Shown here: positions 50,663 to 60,009 of the stretch, piece by piece
Numbering within the stretch: position 1 is the first letter of the stretch
How the letters are laid out: every line of letters starts with the position of its first letter
Program-made: the position numbers and the translations under genes
Assembly (NCBI GenBank): GCA_041946805.1
Contig: JBHGBC010000002.1
Coordinates: forward strand, 32,001 to 96,000
Origin: a bacterium
GTDB lineage: Bacteria; Hinthialibacterota; Hinthialibacteria; Hinthialibacterales; Hinthialibacteraceae
Direction of reading: 5' to 3'
DNA length: 64,000 nucleotides
The notes under the pieces: generated by a model
Seen by the model: only the letters and a program-made list of their open reading frames with translations
What the model was told of the DNA's origin: nothing
Database searches by the model: none

Positions 50663-52453
50663 TTACTCGGATGGGGTATACACATTCCGGCCGCTATCCA
50701 GCAGAGTGCTGATCGTGGGAGACACGGTGATGTTCACCCCGTGTTTTTCACAGATCCTCTGAATCAACGGAAAATGCTCCGACTGGGTCATCCATTCCCA
50801 GGTGATGAGCAGGTCGGGATGATACACTTCGAACAACGATTCCAGGTCCGGAATCGTCCCGATGATGTTGAATCCGGAGATCGAGGAATAGCGCTTCCAC
50901 TCGATGTCCGTCACGATCCCCAGAATCTTCCAGGCGTCGTTGTTGATCCGCTCCAGGGTGCTGAGCAGGAGTTCGGCCTCGAGGCCCACGCCCAGCAGGA
51001 TCACCCGCCGGGGGGCCGGCTGCGCGGCGGCGTTGAACTGGGGCAGGCACCACAAGAGCGCCATGACCGCCGACAACACCGAGAAGACCACCGTGTCCAG
51101 GATGATGGAAAGACGGGAGTAGTTCGGATCCTGCCGGATCAAGTACACCAGTAGAATCAGGCCCATCCCGATCATGGAAACATGCGTGATACGGAACAGT
51201 TCCCGCCCGAAGAACGAACGCCAGGTCTTGGCCCGGGGAGGCCAGAGAAACAGCGCCAAGGCCGCGCGGATGGCGAAAGTGAACAGGGAGACGGCCCACA
51301 CTTTGGGAATCAAGAGGGCGATGTTCAACTGGCTCAGCCGGATCATGTGCGAGATCCAGAACGAAAAAAAACCGATCAATCCGTACAGCGCCAGTATAAC
51401 TAAATGAGTCAGCGCGCCGCTCAGGGACTGGAAAAATCCGGTGGCCAGAAACGCGTCGTGGATGGCGATGTATCCGATGCGCGCCGCCGTCAGGAAGGCC
51501 GGCAGCAGCAGCGCATCGGTGATGTGGGCGCTCAAGTACAAATCCCGCTCCTCGAAGAACATCAAGACCGTGGTCAACGCCAGCGAGGAATAGAGCGAAG
51601 CCTTGATGAGGGTCAACAAATAGCCGGCGGTGATCGCGGAGGAAATCGGATACCGGTGCAGCCCGAACAGGAAAAACACCGCGGGCCGGATCAACAGGCT
51701 GAGCCAGACCACCTTGCGCAGGCTGGGGAACACGTCGGGCGGTATGCCCATCTGGAACACCAGGTGAAAAGCCAGCACCAGGCTGAATCCCGAGACGATC
51801 GTGTCGGAGAGCAGCATGAACGCGTGGGTCAGATGGACCAGCAGCCATTGCCAGGTGATGGTCTTGGTGAACAATGCTCCGGCGACTCCGATGAAGATCT
51901 TCAGATCGAGCGCCAGGCTCTTCCCCGCGATGTATTCGATCTCGTGGTCCAGTTTTTCCGGCAGGATGTGTTCAACGTAATACTTCTCGTGGTCCACGCA
52001 GCCGGGCGGGTAGAGGTCGGTTTCATGGGGATGCTTGATCTGGCTGTATCCGATCACCCCGGGGCGGACGGAGAGTACCTGTTTCCACTTTTCAGGATAG
52101 AAGGCGGTGAACTTGGGGATCTCGGGACGTGGGCCAATCAGGGCCATGTGCCCGAGGAGGATGTTGACGATCTGGGGCAGCTCGTCCAGCTTGAAGCGTT
52201 CCAGGAACCGGCCGATGCGCGTGAGGCGCACATCATGCCGCGTGGTGATGCCCTTGCCGTCCGGAGGGACGTAGGAAGGCATTTTGCGGAACTTGATCAT
52301 CCAAAAATACCGGCCGTGGATCCCCACACGGCGCTGAAAAAAGAGCGGCCATCCAGGGGAATCCAGCACGATAGCGGCCATCAGCACCAGAAACAGCGGG
52401 CTGAGAAGGAGCAGCGCCAACAACGCCAGTATGAATTCCAACCACCGCGGCAT
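50663..52453 (-). CDS. Sugar (phosphoglycosyl) transferase with C-terminal membrane and Rossmann-like domains
   Basis: N-terminal FWMIKFRKM, DVRLTRIGRFLERFKLDELPQ..N...GHMALIGPRPE and VRPGVIG motifs, then ~8 TM helices and RVILLGVG. Confidence 0.85.
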   Translation of the reverse strand: MPRWLEFILALLALLLLSPLFLVLMAAIVLDSPGWPLFFQRRVGIHGRYFWMIKFRKMPSYVPPDGKGITTRHDVRLTRIGRFLERFKLDELPQIVNILLGHMALIGPRPEIPKFTAFYPEKWKQVLSVRPGVIGYSQIKHPHETDLYPPGCVDHEKYYVEHILPEKLDHEIEYIAGKSLALDLKIFIGVAGALFTKTITWQWLLVHLTHAFMLLSDTIVSGFSLVLAFHLVFQMGIPPDVFPSLRKVVWLSLLIRPAVFFLFGLHRYPISSAITAGYLLTLIKASLYSSLALTTVLMFFEERDLYLSAHITDALLLPAFLTAARIGYIAIHDAFLATGFFQSLSGALTHLVILALYGLIGFFSFWISHMIRLSQLNIALLIPKVWAVSLFTFAIRAALALFLWPPRAKTWRSFFGRELFRITHVSMIGMGLILLVYLIRQDPNYSRLSIILDTVVFSVLSAVMALLWCLPQFNAAAQPAPRRVILLGVGLEAELLLSTLERINNDAWKILGIVTDIEWKRYSSISGFNIIGTIPDLESLFEVYHPDLLITWEWMTQSEHFPLIQRICEKHGVNITVSPTISTLLDSGRNVYTPSE

Positions 52454-52591
52454 AACGAATGTCTACCCAAATCGGTCCTGCATCAACAACCTGCCCTCGC
52501 CGGTCGATCGCCTGATCCGCGTTTCCTTGCGCAGTACCCATCCATCTCTATCATACCGTATTTTCGGCGGACCGTCTGGATTCATTGAGAC

Positions 52592-52630
52592 TAGGCCGGG
52601 TGGATTGAGCCTCGCGAAATCCACCCCATC
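52592..52630 (-). repeat. REP-like palindrome, family B variant (reverse)
   Basis: taggccgggtggattgagcctcgcgaaatccaccccatc. Confidence 0.6.
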
Positions 52631-52635
52631 GCCAG

Positions 52636-53898
52636 TCACCCCCTCCCCGCCTTCCCGGACGCGATCCCGGCGGCGGAGCAGACCATCGCCAGGGTGGTCA
52701 AGCCGTCGGTGGCGACAGTCATCCAGGCGGCCCCAATGAAGCCCCAGGCGGGGATCAGTATGGCATTGCCGGTGATGTTGATCAACAGTCCGGCCAGATT
52801 GATGCCCATATAGTGGCGGATGCCCCGCCGTTCCTCGTTGACCAGAAAATAGCCGAAGGCGTTGCCCAGAAAAGTGATGGGCAGGGTCCAGGCCATCACT
52901 TGCAGGGCATGGGTGGTCTGCTGGTACGCATCCGGATAGAGCCAAGCCGTGATCCGGCCGCTTTCGGCCTGTAACAACAAGGCCAGGAACAATCCCAGGG
53001 CGCCCAGCAGCAGCCCGACGGCCGCGACGAAGCGGAAGGCCGCCGGGCGGGAGCGGTTGATCCGGCGGCTGATGGTGGGAGCCAGGGCCTGGTAGACGGA
53101 GAGGAAAATCATGCTCAGAAGGCCGGCCAGCCGGAACGCCCCGCTGTAGTAGGCGATCGAGGAGACTGGGCCAAGCCATTCCAGCATGATCATGTCGATC
53201 CGGGCGTATAAAATGAAAAAAACGGAACCCAGCGTCAGGGGGTAAAAATCGCGCGCCAGTTCGGCCAGGGACATGGGCGCGGCCGGCGCGCCGGGGGGCA
53301 TCGCCGCGTAAATCCGCCGGACGCGCCGGACATACAAGACATGGTTAAGCACCCAGCGCAAAAGCAGGACCAGCGAAGCACCGGCCAGCGGGAACGGGAG
53401 ATACAGCACCAGCGCCGCGCCCAGCCCCAGCACCGCTAGGTTGCACAGCACGTTGACGCTCATCGCCCACTGCACCTGGTTGAGCGAGATGAAAAGCGAC
53501 TCGTACACGCTGCAGGTGCTTTGAAAATAGATCGCGGCGCAGAACATCCCCAGCACGCCGGCGCGGGTGAAAGTGAAGGATTCGAGGATGACCGCGGCGA
53601 AGAGCAGCGTGGCCGCCACGAGGACGATCTGGTCCAGCAGAGCCATCACCCCCGGCCCCTGATCGCGCCACCATTCCTGGCGGCGGGAGTTCTCACGCAG
53701 GACGATCAGGGCCAAGCCGGGAACCGCCACGCCGGCCCCGATCTCCAGGCAGGCGCGTCCCAGCTCGAACAGGCCGAGTTCGTCGGATGTGAACGTGTTG
53801 ATCAGCAACAGGAAAAAAAGGAATTGCACCGCCCCGTTCGCGATCTTTTGTCCCGCGATGAAGGCGCTGTTGCTCAAGACACGGAAAATTTCTTTCAT
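52636..53898 (-). CDS. Wzx-type polysaccharide flippase
   Basis: About 12 TM helices; IYARIDMIML-like segment, YYSGAFRL and NAILIPAWGFIGAAW motifs. Confidence 0.85.
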   Translation of the reverse strand: MKEIFRVLSNSAFIAGQKIANGAVQFLFFLLLINTFTSDELGLFELGRACLEIGAGVAVPGLALIVLRENSRRQEWWRDQGPGVMALLDQIVLVAATLLFAAVILESFTFTRAGVLGMFCAAIYFQSTCSVYESLFISLNQVQWAMSVNVLCNLAVLGLGAALVLYLPFPLAGASLVLLLRWVLNHVLYVRRVRRIYAAMPPGAPAAPMSLAELARDFYPLTLGSVFFILYARIDMIMLEWLGPVSSIAYYSGAFRLAGLLSMIFLSVYQALAPTISRRINRSRPAAFRFVAAVGLLLGALGLFLALLLQAESGRITAWLYPDAYQQTTHALQVMAWTLPITFLGNAFGYFLVNEERRGIRHYMGINLAGLLINITGNAILIPAWGFIGAAWMTVATDGLTTLAMVCSAAGIASGKAGRG

Positions 53899-53940
53899 AT
53901 CGAGAAGGCCGCGCGGGGCCCTGGACACTTCCCTGCCGGA

Positions 53941-54651
53941 TCAAGCCGGGGGCCAATATCGGTCCCGGTGGGCCTCGAATTCCTCGATGGCGAGGTTCAG
54001 TTCATCCGGGGTTCCCATGTCGAGCCAATGGCCCGTAAAGGGGTAGACCGCAACCCGTTCGCCGGCCGCCAACAGGCGGTGCATCAGGTGATCGAAGCCG
54101 AACGGTTCGCCGCGGGGAATGTAGTCGAGGATCCGCGGCTCGAAGATGTAGACGCCCATGCTCACGTCGTAGTCGAACTCGGGTTTCTCCTGGAATCCGG
54201 TGATCCGCCGGTCCGCGCCGTAAGTGATCACTCCCAGCGCCAGGCGGACATGCCGCTTGCAGGTCCCCACCGTGGCGATCGCGCCGCCGCGGCGGTGGGT
54301 TTCATACAGATCGCGGTAATCGAGATCGGTCAACAGGTCGCCGTTCATGACCAGGAACGATTCATTCAGGCCGGAAATCAGGGTCAGGGGTGCGATGGTA
54401 TTGAGGGGTTTGTCCTCCAACGAATAATCGACGCGGATGCCCAGGCGGGAGCCGTCGCCCATCACGGCCATGATCAGTTCCGCGTGGTAGCCGACCGAGA
54501 TGGTGATGTGATCGAAGCCCCGCCAGGCCAGCTGGCGGATGACGACTTCCAGGATGGGCTTATCCCCCAGGGGAACGAGGGGCTTGGGCAGGACCAGGGT
54601 GTAGGGAAAGAGGCGCTGGCCCCGGCCGCCCGCCATGATGATCGCGCGCAT
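53941..54651 (-). CDS. Sugar-phosphate nucleotidyltransferase
   Basis: AIIMAGGRGQRLFPYT..LPKPL, FLVMNGDLL, FQEKP and WLDMG motifs. Confidence 0.9.
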   Translation of the reverse strand: MRAIIMAGGRGQRLFPYTLVLPKPLVPLGDKPILEVVIRQLAWRGFDHITISVGYHAELIMAVMGDGSRLGIRVDYSLEDKPLNTIAPLTLISGLNESFLVMNGDLLTDLDYRDLYETHRRGGAIATVGTCKRHVRLALGVITYGADRRITGFQEKPEFDYDVSMGVYIFEPRILDYIPRGEPFGFDHLMHRLLAAGERVAVYPFTGHWLDMGTPDELNLAIEEFEAHRDRYWPPA

Positions 54652-55094
54652 GAATCCCGCTTCCTTTCACGAGGTATGATACGTTCTTGGTTCCCTCCAC
54701 CACCGGTCGGATTTGCCCAAAGGCCCAGCCAAGAACGGGTGAAGTATAAGGGCCGGGCGGGGATAAATCCACCCGGAGCGATGGCAGAGGAGGAATCACC
54801 ACCCGGGTATGGAAAGTTGTCTGTATCTGAATGGCCGGCGAGAAGCGCGGAGATTCCTAACGAATTCCTCCCCGAGGGGAATCCATGTGTATAGACATGG
54901 ATTTTAACCTGCGGTAAAAAAAACCTTACCAGCAATGTGTTGATCATCCCACGATTGATAAGACTGATTTGTAAATTAATTTTCTGTAAAAAATCACTTG
55001 ACAATTCCTAGAACCGGATGGGGAAATAAAAAGGAGAGGAATTGAAATAGGGGTGCTGGATAGATTCAAAGCGGGTACGCCAAGGAGGTTCCTG

Positions 55095-56081
55095 ATGAGC
55101 AATAAACAACTCCCGCTCTTGATGATTGAATTGGAAGGGCCGGGTATCGGGCCGGGACGCATGACCGTGTCGCAACTACTCTGTTTGCTGGAAAACTTTG
55201 GCAAAGTACTGTTACGAACCGGCCAGGTTCTCGCCGGGGAGAGCCATAGCACCCGCAAAGGCCCCAAAACCAAGCGGCTCAAGGAATCGATTGACCTCCA
55301 ACTCGTTCAACTGACACATGGCAGCCCTACGACCGTGCTTGGTTTCGATCGTGGAGTGCAGATCGATTTTCCAGAAATGGATGATGGTGAATATATTCTT
55401 GAAACCACGCTCCAAGGACTCACCGCAATTCAAAATCCGGATCATCCCTTACCTGCCGGTGTGGACCGGGGAGTTTTACTCGCTTGGCGAGAGTTAGGCC
55501 TCCTCTTTCGCAAAAGATGCAATCGAATTTTATTTTCTCTAAATAACCGCGCAATTCCGTTACGGATTAAATATACCCCCGCGGGATTCGAACAGATTCA
55601 GAAGCGTATTCGAGGTCCCGAACTCAACCTTCGTACAGTCGAGGGCAGGCTTTTGATGACGGATTTCAAAGAATACGGCACCCGTTGCCGGATTCACCCT
55701 CCGATCGGCGATCCCATTATTTGCCTGTTTGATGAAGACCAGAAAGAGGCCGTTTTGGAAAATATTCTCCAATATGTGCGGATCGAGGGAGAAGCCCAAG
55801 AAGACTCGATTTCCAGAAAAATTACAAATATAAAGATCCGCGATATTGAAAGAATAGAGGATATGGAGGTCGATGAGAAAAACATCCCAACGGGTGAACC
55901 CTTACCGTTCGATTTCTGGAAATCCTGGACGATCGAAGAACTCGCGGAAGCGCAAGGAGTCATTCCCGTTACGGATGTGACAGCCCTTTTGGGAACATGG
56001 CCCGGGGAAGTGGACGATGGTTTTGAGGAATTTATCCAAGACTTGAGGCGGCAAAATTCGATTGGAGAAAATAACCCGTAA
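55095..56081 (+). CDS. Hypothetical protein, probable partner (antitoxin-like C-terminus) of the downstream PIN nuclease
   Basis: AGGAGG RBS, AT-richer DNA, stop TAA overlapping the PIN ATG (TAATG), and acidic tail TIEELAEAQGV...WPGEVDDGFEEFIQDLRR. Confidence 0.75.
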   Translation: MSNKQLPLLMIELEGPGIGPGRMTVSQLLCLLENFGKVLLRTGQVLAGESHSTRKGPKTKRLKESIDLQLVQLTHGSPTTVLGFDRGVQIDFPEMDDGEYILETTLQGLTAIQNPDHPLPAGVDRGVLLAWRELGLLFRKRCNRILFSLNNRAIPLRIKYTPAGFEQIQKRIRGPELNLRTVEGRLLMTDFKEYGTRCRIHPPIGDPIICLFDEDQKEAVLENILQYVRIEGEAQEDSISRKITNIKIRDIERIEDMEVDEKNIPTGEPLPFDFWKSWTIEELAEAQGVIPVTDVTALLGTWPGEVDDGFEEFIQDLRRQNSIGENNP

Positions 56082-56481
56082 TGGTAGCGAAACTCATCTT
56101 GGATACCAACATTGTATCGTACCTCATGAAGAGGCACTCTTTCGGTCAAAAATATTTGCCACACCTCTTGGGTAAGCTTTTGGCGATCAGCTTCATCACG
56201 GTGGGGGAACTTTATGTCGGGGCGGAAAAAGACAAATGGGGAGAAAGAAAGCGCCTTCATCTCCAGCCATGCTCAAAAACTATGTGGTGATTCCTTATGA
56301 TGATGGCATCGCGAAGGAGTTTGCGCGAATTTTTGTCAATCGGATGCGGTTGGGTAAGCCCATTTCATTTTCAGACGCCTGGATATCGGCCTGTGCTGTA
56401 CGGCATGATGTACCTTTGGTTACACACAATGCGATACACTTTGAGTCCATACCAGGATTACGGATTATTACTGAGCCATAA
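56081..56481 (+). pseudogene. vapC: PIN-domain (VapC-like) ribonuclease split by a 1-nt frameshift
   Basis: N-half LILDTNIVSY...ITVGEL and C-half MLKNYVVIP...SDAWISACA...LVTHNAIHF join if one base is added near ctcca^gccatg (~56265). Confidence 0.8.
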
Positions 56482-56613
56482 AGCTCAAGCTCATGAACTG
56501 TTCACTTGAATGAAGTCCATAACGCTACTGAAAGAAATATGGCATTGAAAATCGGACTATCTAAATTTCCTACCTCTTTTTAGCCCGATTATCGAATTGC
56601 ATTTAAGAAAATT

Positions 56614-57771
56614 TCACCGCGGCTCCAGCCGGTCCTTCCCTCCCGTCAGCCATTCCAGGGTCAGGCGGGCGAAGGTGATCGTTTCGTACGGGCTTTCGTC
56701 TCCCCGTTCGTAGAGGCAGCCGATCGTCCCATCCGGCAGCACCACCAGGTCCGAGTAGGCGGCGGGGCCGGGGTGGATCATCCGCGCCACGGGCCAGGTC
56801 TCGCCCTCGTCATAGCTGAGACGGATCGTCAGTTTTTCCCGCTCCGTGCTGGCGGGATTGGAAAACAGGATCCGGCTTCGGTGAAAATCCCGGGACGAGG
56901 TGTAGCGGATCACGGAGGCCTGGCAGACCGGCTCGATCAAGGCGGGATCTTCGCGCGCCGGCGTCCAGGTCATCCCGCCGTCCCGGCTGTGAGAAACCTG
57001 GCGGCGGTGGGTGCTTTTGTATCCCCGCATGTTCAAATAGAGCGAGCCGTCATCTCTTTCCAGCACCGTGGATTCGTTGGTGAAGCCGCCAGGCACCGTC
57101 CCTCCAATCCGCCAGCCGGCTCCCCGGTCGTCGCTGTAAAAAATGTGGGAATACCACTGGAAGAAATCCGGCCCGGTGGAATGGTCGCCGGGGATCACCA
57201 GCCGGCCGCCGCGCGTTTGGATCCCATGGCAGGGACCCGTGGCGTACCAGCGCCAGTCCGTTTTTTTGACGTATTGCGTGATTTCCACCGGTTCGGCCCA
57301 GGTGGCGCCGTCATCCCGGCTGAAGGTGATCCACGCGGTACGGGAGCCTTGGCCCCGGTGGATGGCGCTCTCCTCGATATCGCCGCCGTTCTTGGTGAAG
57401 GGCAGCCAGATCGTGCCCGATTCGCGGTCCACCACGGGCGCGGGATTGCCGCACGTGTTGCCGCCGTCGTCCACCAGGATTTGCAGGGGGAGCCAGGTTT
57501 TCCCCTGGTCGCGGCTGCGTTTGAGCACCAGGTCGATGTTCCCCGAGTCGCCCCGCCCCGCTTTCCGGCCCTCGCCGAACGCGAGGAGGGTCCCTTGGTT
57601 CGAGACCACCACGGCGGGGATCCGGTAGGTATCGTAACCGTCCAAGCCCGAGACGTAGACTGGTTTTTGGCGGATCCAACTGTCTTGGGGATTCGATTCG
57701 CCCGGCCGACTGCTGCTTCCGGCAAGAAATAAGAAAACAAGTGGAATCCCGAGTGATTTCATTACGCTCAT
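56614..57771 (-). CDS. Secreted exo-alpha-sialidase (GH33)
   Basis: YRIP, GEGRK, Asp-boxes SRDQGKTW/SRDDGATW/SDDRGAGW/SRDGGMTW/SYDEGETW, NES, NMR, RE, AYS and LYE motifs. Confidence 0.9.
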   Translation of the reverse strand: MSVMKSLGIPLVFLFLAGSSSRPGESNPQDSWIRQKPVYVSGLDGYDTYRIPAVVVSNQGTLLAFGEGRKAGRGDSGNIDLVLKRSRDQGKTWLPLQILVDDGGNTCGNPAPVVDRESGTIWLPFTKNGGDIEESAIHRGQGSRTAWITFSRDDGATWAEPVEITQYVKKTDWRWYATGPCHGIQTRGGRLVIPGDHSTGPDFFQWYSHIFYSDDRGAGWRIGGTVPGGFTNESTVLERDDGSLYLNMRGYKSTHRRQVSHSRDGGMTWTPAREDPALIEPVCQASVIRYTSSRDFHRSRILFSNPASTEREKLTIRLSYDEGETWPVARMIHPGPAAYSDLVVLPDGTIGCLYERGDESPYETITFARLTLEWLTGGKDRLEPR

Positions 57772-57947
57772 GATCAAATGTTTCACCCCTGTTTCAAAAG
57801 ATGCATCCATGATACGGCTGGAAAGGCCGGCAAGGCAACATGGTTCTGCCGAGTTTTTCCAACACCGATCCAATACCCCTCCAATACCCCAAACGGAGCG
57901 GATTCATCGATTGCACAAAACACCCATATGGCGCCCTTTCCGGGTCT

Positions 57948-57978
57948 CCCTCGACTTGATCCTCTCAGAGGGTGAGGG
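57948..57978 (+). repeat. Degenerate REP-like palindrome, family A
   Basis: ccctcgacttgatcctctcagagggtgaggg. Confidence 0.55.
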
Positions 57979-58221
57979 GAATTGTCAGCGGGAGGCCATG
58001 GAGTGGCCGGATTGAACCACGGATGACACGGAGGGGGCATATGGATTTCAAAGAAAAAAGAGATTCGGAAAGGACGTTCTGGTCCGGGGCCGCCCAGGAT
58101 TTGGCAAGGATTTGCGTAAGGATTTTGTTCAGGTTTGTATCGCGCCCCGGGTCGAAATCCTCAATTGAGGAAAGCGTCATTCATCGGGTTCGCGTGGTAT
58201 AAGAACCAGGGTTGCATGGCC

Positions 58222-58410
58222 GTAACCGTACGGTAACCGCGGTGGCGAAGGCACGTTGCCCCGAGGGGAACGGATAAGCCGATTCCGCACCTTGAAACGG
58301 CGCGGCTGCCACCCCATCGCGATCCTCGCGGCCGCCGTCCGGGAATTCGTCCGCACCGGACAACGGCCGCCCTTCCCGCCGGTCATCAATTCAGAAGGGC
58401 GGCCAATTGC
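58222..58410 (+). mobile_element. Putative internally deleted IS66-like remnant
   Basis: Begins GTAACCGT (IS66-like terminus) and encodes FRTLKRRGCHPIAILAAAVREFVRTGQRPPFPPVINSEG, resembling the extreme C-terminus of IS66-type transposases. GC-rich patch bordering AT-rich DNA. Confidence 0.5.
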
Positions 58411-58651
58411 GAAATATTCAACCCTGCACTATGCAGTTCATCCCTAAAAAATGCAATTCATCACAAATTATTTCTCATTTACTTGAATTAGAATTATATC
58501 ACTTTAAAATAAATCCCAGACGGTTGGAGAAGGGAGGATGAATCGGGAACCAATCTACGGATCTAACTTACGGCTCAACCAATATTCAATGTGGATTGGA
58601 CTATGAATACCCTGCTAAATTAAAACAGTTCTCGTGCCGAAAGGAAGAACC

Positions 58652-59656
58652 ATGGATAATAAGCAAACCCGGCGGCATTTCATAAAAACCAGCGGTATCG
58701 CTTTGGGGACAGTTGCCTTGAACAGCTGGATAATTCCCGGTAATCCTGTCCCGGCGGCGGAGAGTAAAATCCCGGTATATTTCACTAGCAATATCAGCGC
58801 AAAGGGATTGCAAAATATTTATTCCAAACTGGAGCGAAACCGGAAATTGCCCGGAAAAACCGCAGTCAAAATACATTCCGGTGAACCTGGCGGTCAACAT
58901 TTTCTTTCTGCCAATCTGATCAAGGAATTGGTCCGATCGCTTAACGGCACTATCGTTGAATGCAATACCGCTTACCGCGGCAAGCGCTACGAAACAGCGA
59001 GTCATAAAAAGGTAATGCAAGACCACGGTTTGGCTGAAATTGCGCCCGTGGATATTCTGGATGAAGAGGGATCGATCAGTTTGCCAATCCCGAAAGGTCA
59101 AAACATACAGGAGAATTTTGTCGGATCTCATTTTACGAAATACGATTCATTCCTGATCCTGTCCCATTTCAAGGGCCACGCCATGGCGGGATTCGGCGGC
59201 GCGATCAAAAACATGTCGATCGGAATCGCTTCCGCCGAGGGGAAATTATGGATTCACACCGCCGGGTCTACCAAGAATCTAGATAATTTCTTTGATGCCT
59301 TTCGGACGAAACAGGATCTATTTCTGGAATCGATGGCCGAAGCCGCCGGATCGGTGATCACCAAACTTGATCATAACCTGCTGTATATCAATGTAATGAA
59401 TAATCTCTCCGTGGACTGTGACTGTAGCAACAGACCCGCCCCGCCGGAGCTCGAGGATATAGGCATTCTGGCTTCCCTGGATCCGGTGGCGCTGGATAAG
59501 GCTTGCGTCGATTTGGTCTATGCCGCAGACAAAGGCAAGAATGCCGCTCTACGAGAACGCATCGAATCCCGAAACGGCATCCATGCCCTGGATCACGCCG
59601 AGAAAATGGGCCTGGGCAGCCAGGAATATGTTTTGGAAAAAATTGATGTTTCTTGA
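58652..59656 (+). CDS. DUF362-family protein with Tat signal
   Basis: TRRHFIK twin-arginine motif; AVKIHSGEPG, ECNTAY, SHFKGHAMAGFGGAIKNMSIG, SVDCDC and DPVALDKAC motifs. Confidence 0.85.
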   Translation: MDNKQTRRHFIKTSGIALGTVALNSWIIPGNPVPAAESKIPVYFTSNISAKGLQNIYSKLERNRKLPGKTAVKIHSGEPGGQHFLSANLIKELVRSLNGTIVECNTAYRGKRYETASHKKVMQDHGLAEIAPVDILDEEGSISLPIPKGQNIQENFVGSHFTKYDSFLILSHFKGHAMAGFGGAIKNMSIGIASAEGKLWIHTAGSTKNLDNFFDAFRTKQDLFLESMAEAAGSVITKLDHNLLYINVMNNLSVDCDCSNRPAPPELEDIGILASLDPVALDKACVDLVYAADKGKNAALRERIESRNGIHALDHAEKMGLGSQEYVLEKIDVS

Positions 59657-59689
59657 GGATATCAATCCGATCCAGCTATCCAGTTCCCG

Positions 59690-59915
59690 CCGCGGAAAGG
59701 AACAAAAGATTCATCCGGGAAGCGCGCGCATCATGAGGAAAATCGATTCCCTTCACTCCGGTCTGAGGGCGGACACCCAGATCCGTCCCAACAAAAATAC
59801 CCTCCTCCTGGCCCTCGCCCAGAAGGAGCGGAAATTCAGGGGGCGGTTTTCATCGCTCCTTTCGAAGCGATGCGGTCCGGCGATCTAAATAAAGTATGCG
59901 CTTGCCGGATGAGCC
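59690..59915 (+). repeat. Composite dispersed element, copy 4
   Basis: ccgcggaaa...ttcatccgg...ggcggacacccagatccgtcccaac, degenerate REP A at 59800-59832, then gtatgcgcttgccggatgagcc. Confidence 0.72.
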
Positions 59916-60009
59916 ATCATTACTCCTGCCGTACCATCAAAATCCTACCGTATGGCGATGGGATTTTTGAATTGTCTCTCAATAATCCAACGGCAGGTTT
60001 GATTTTCCC

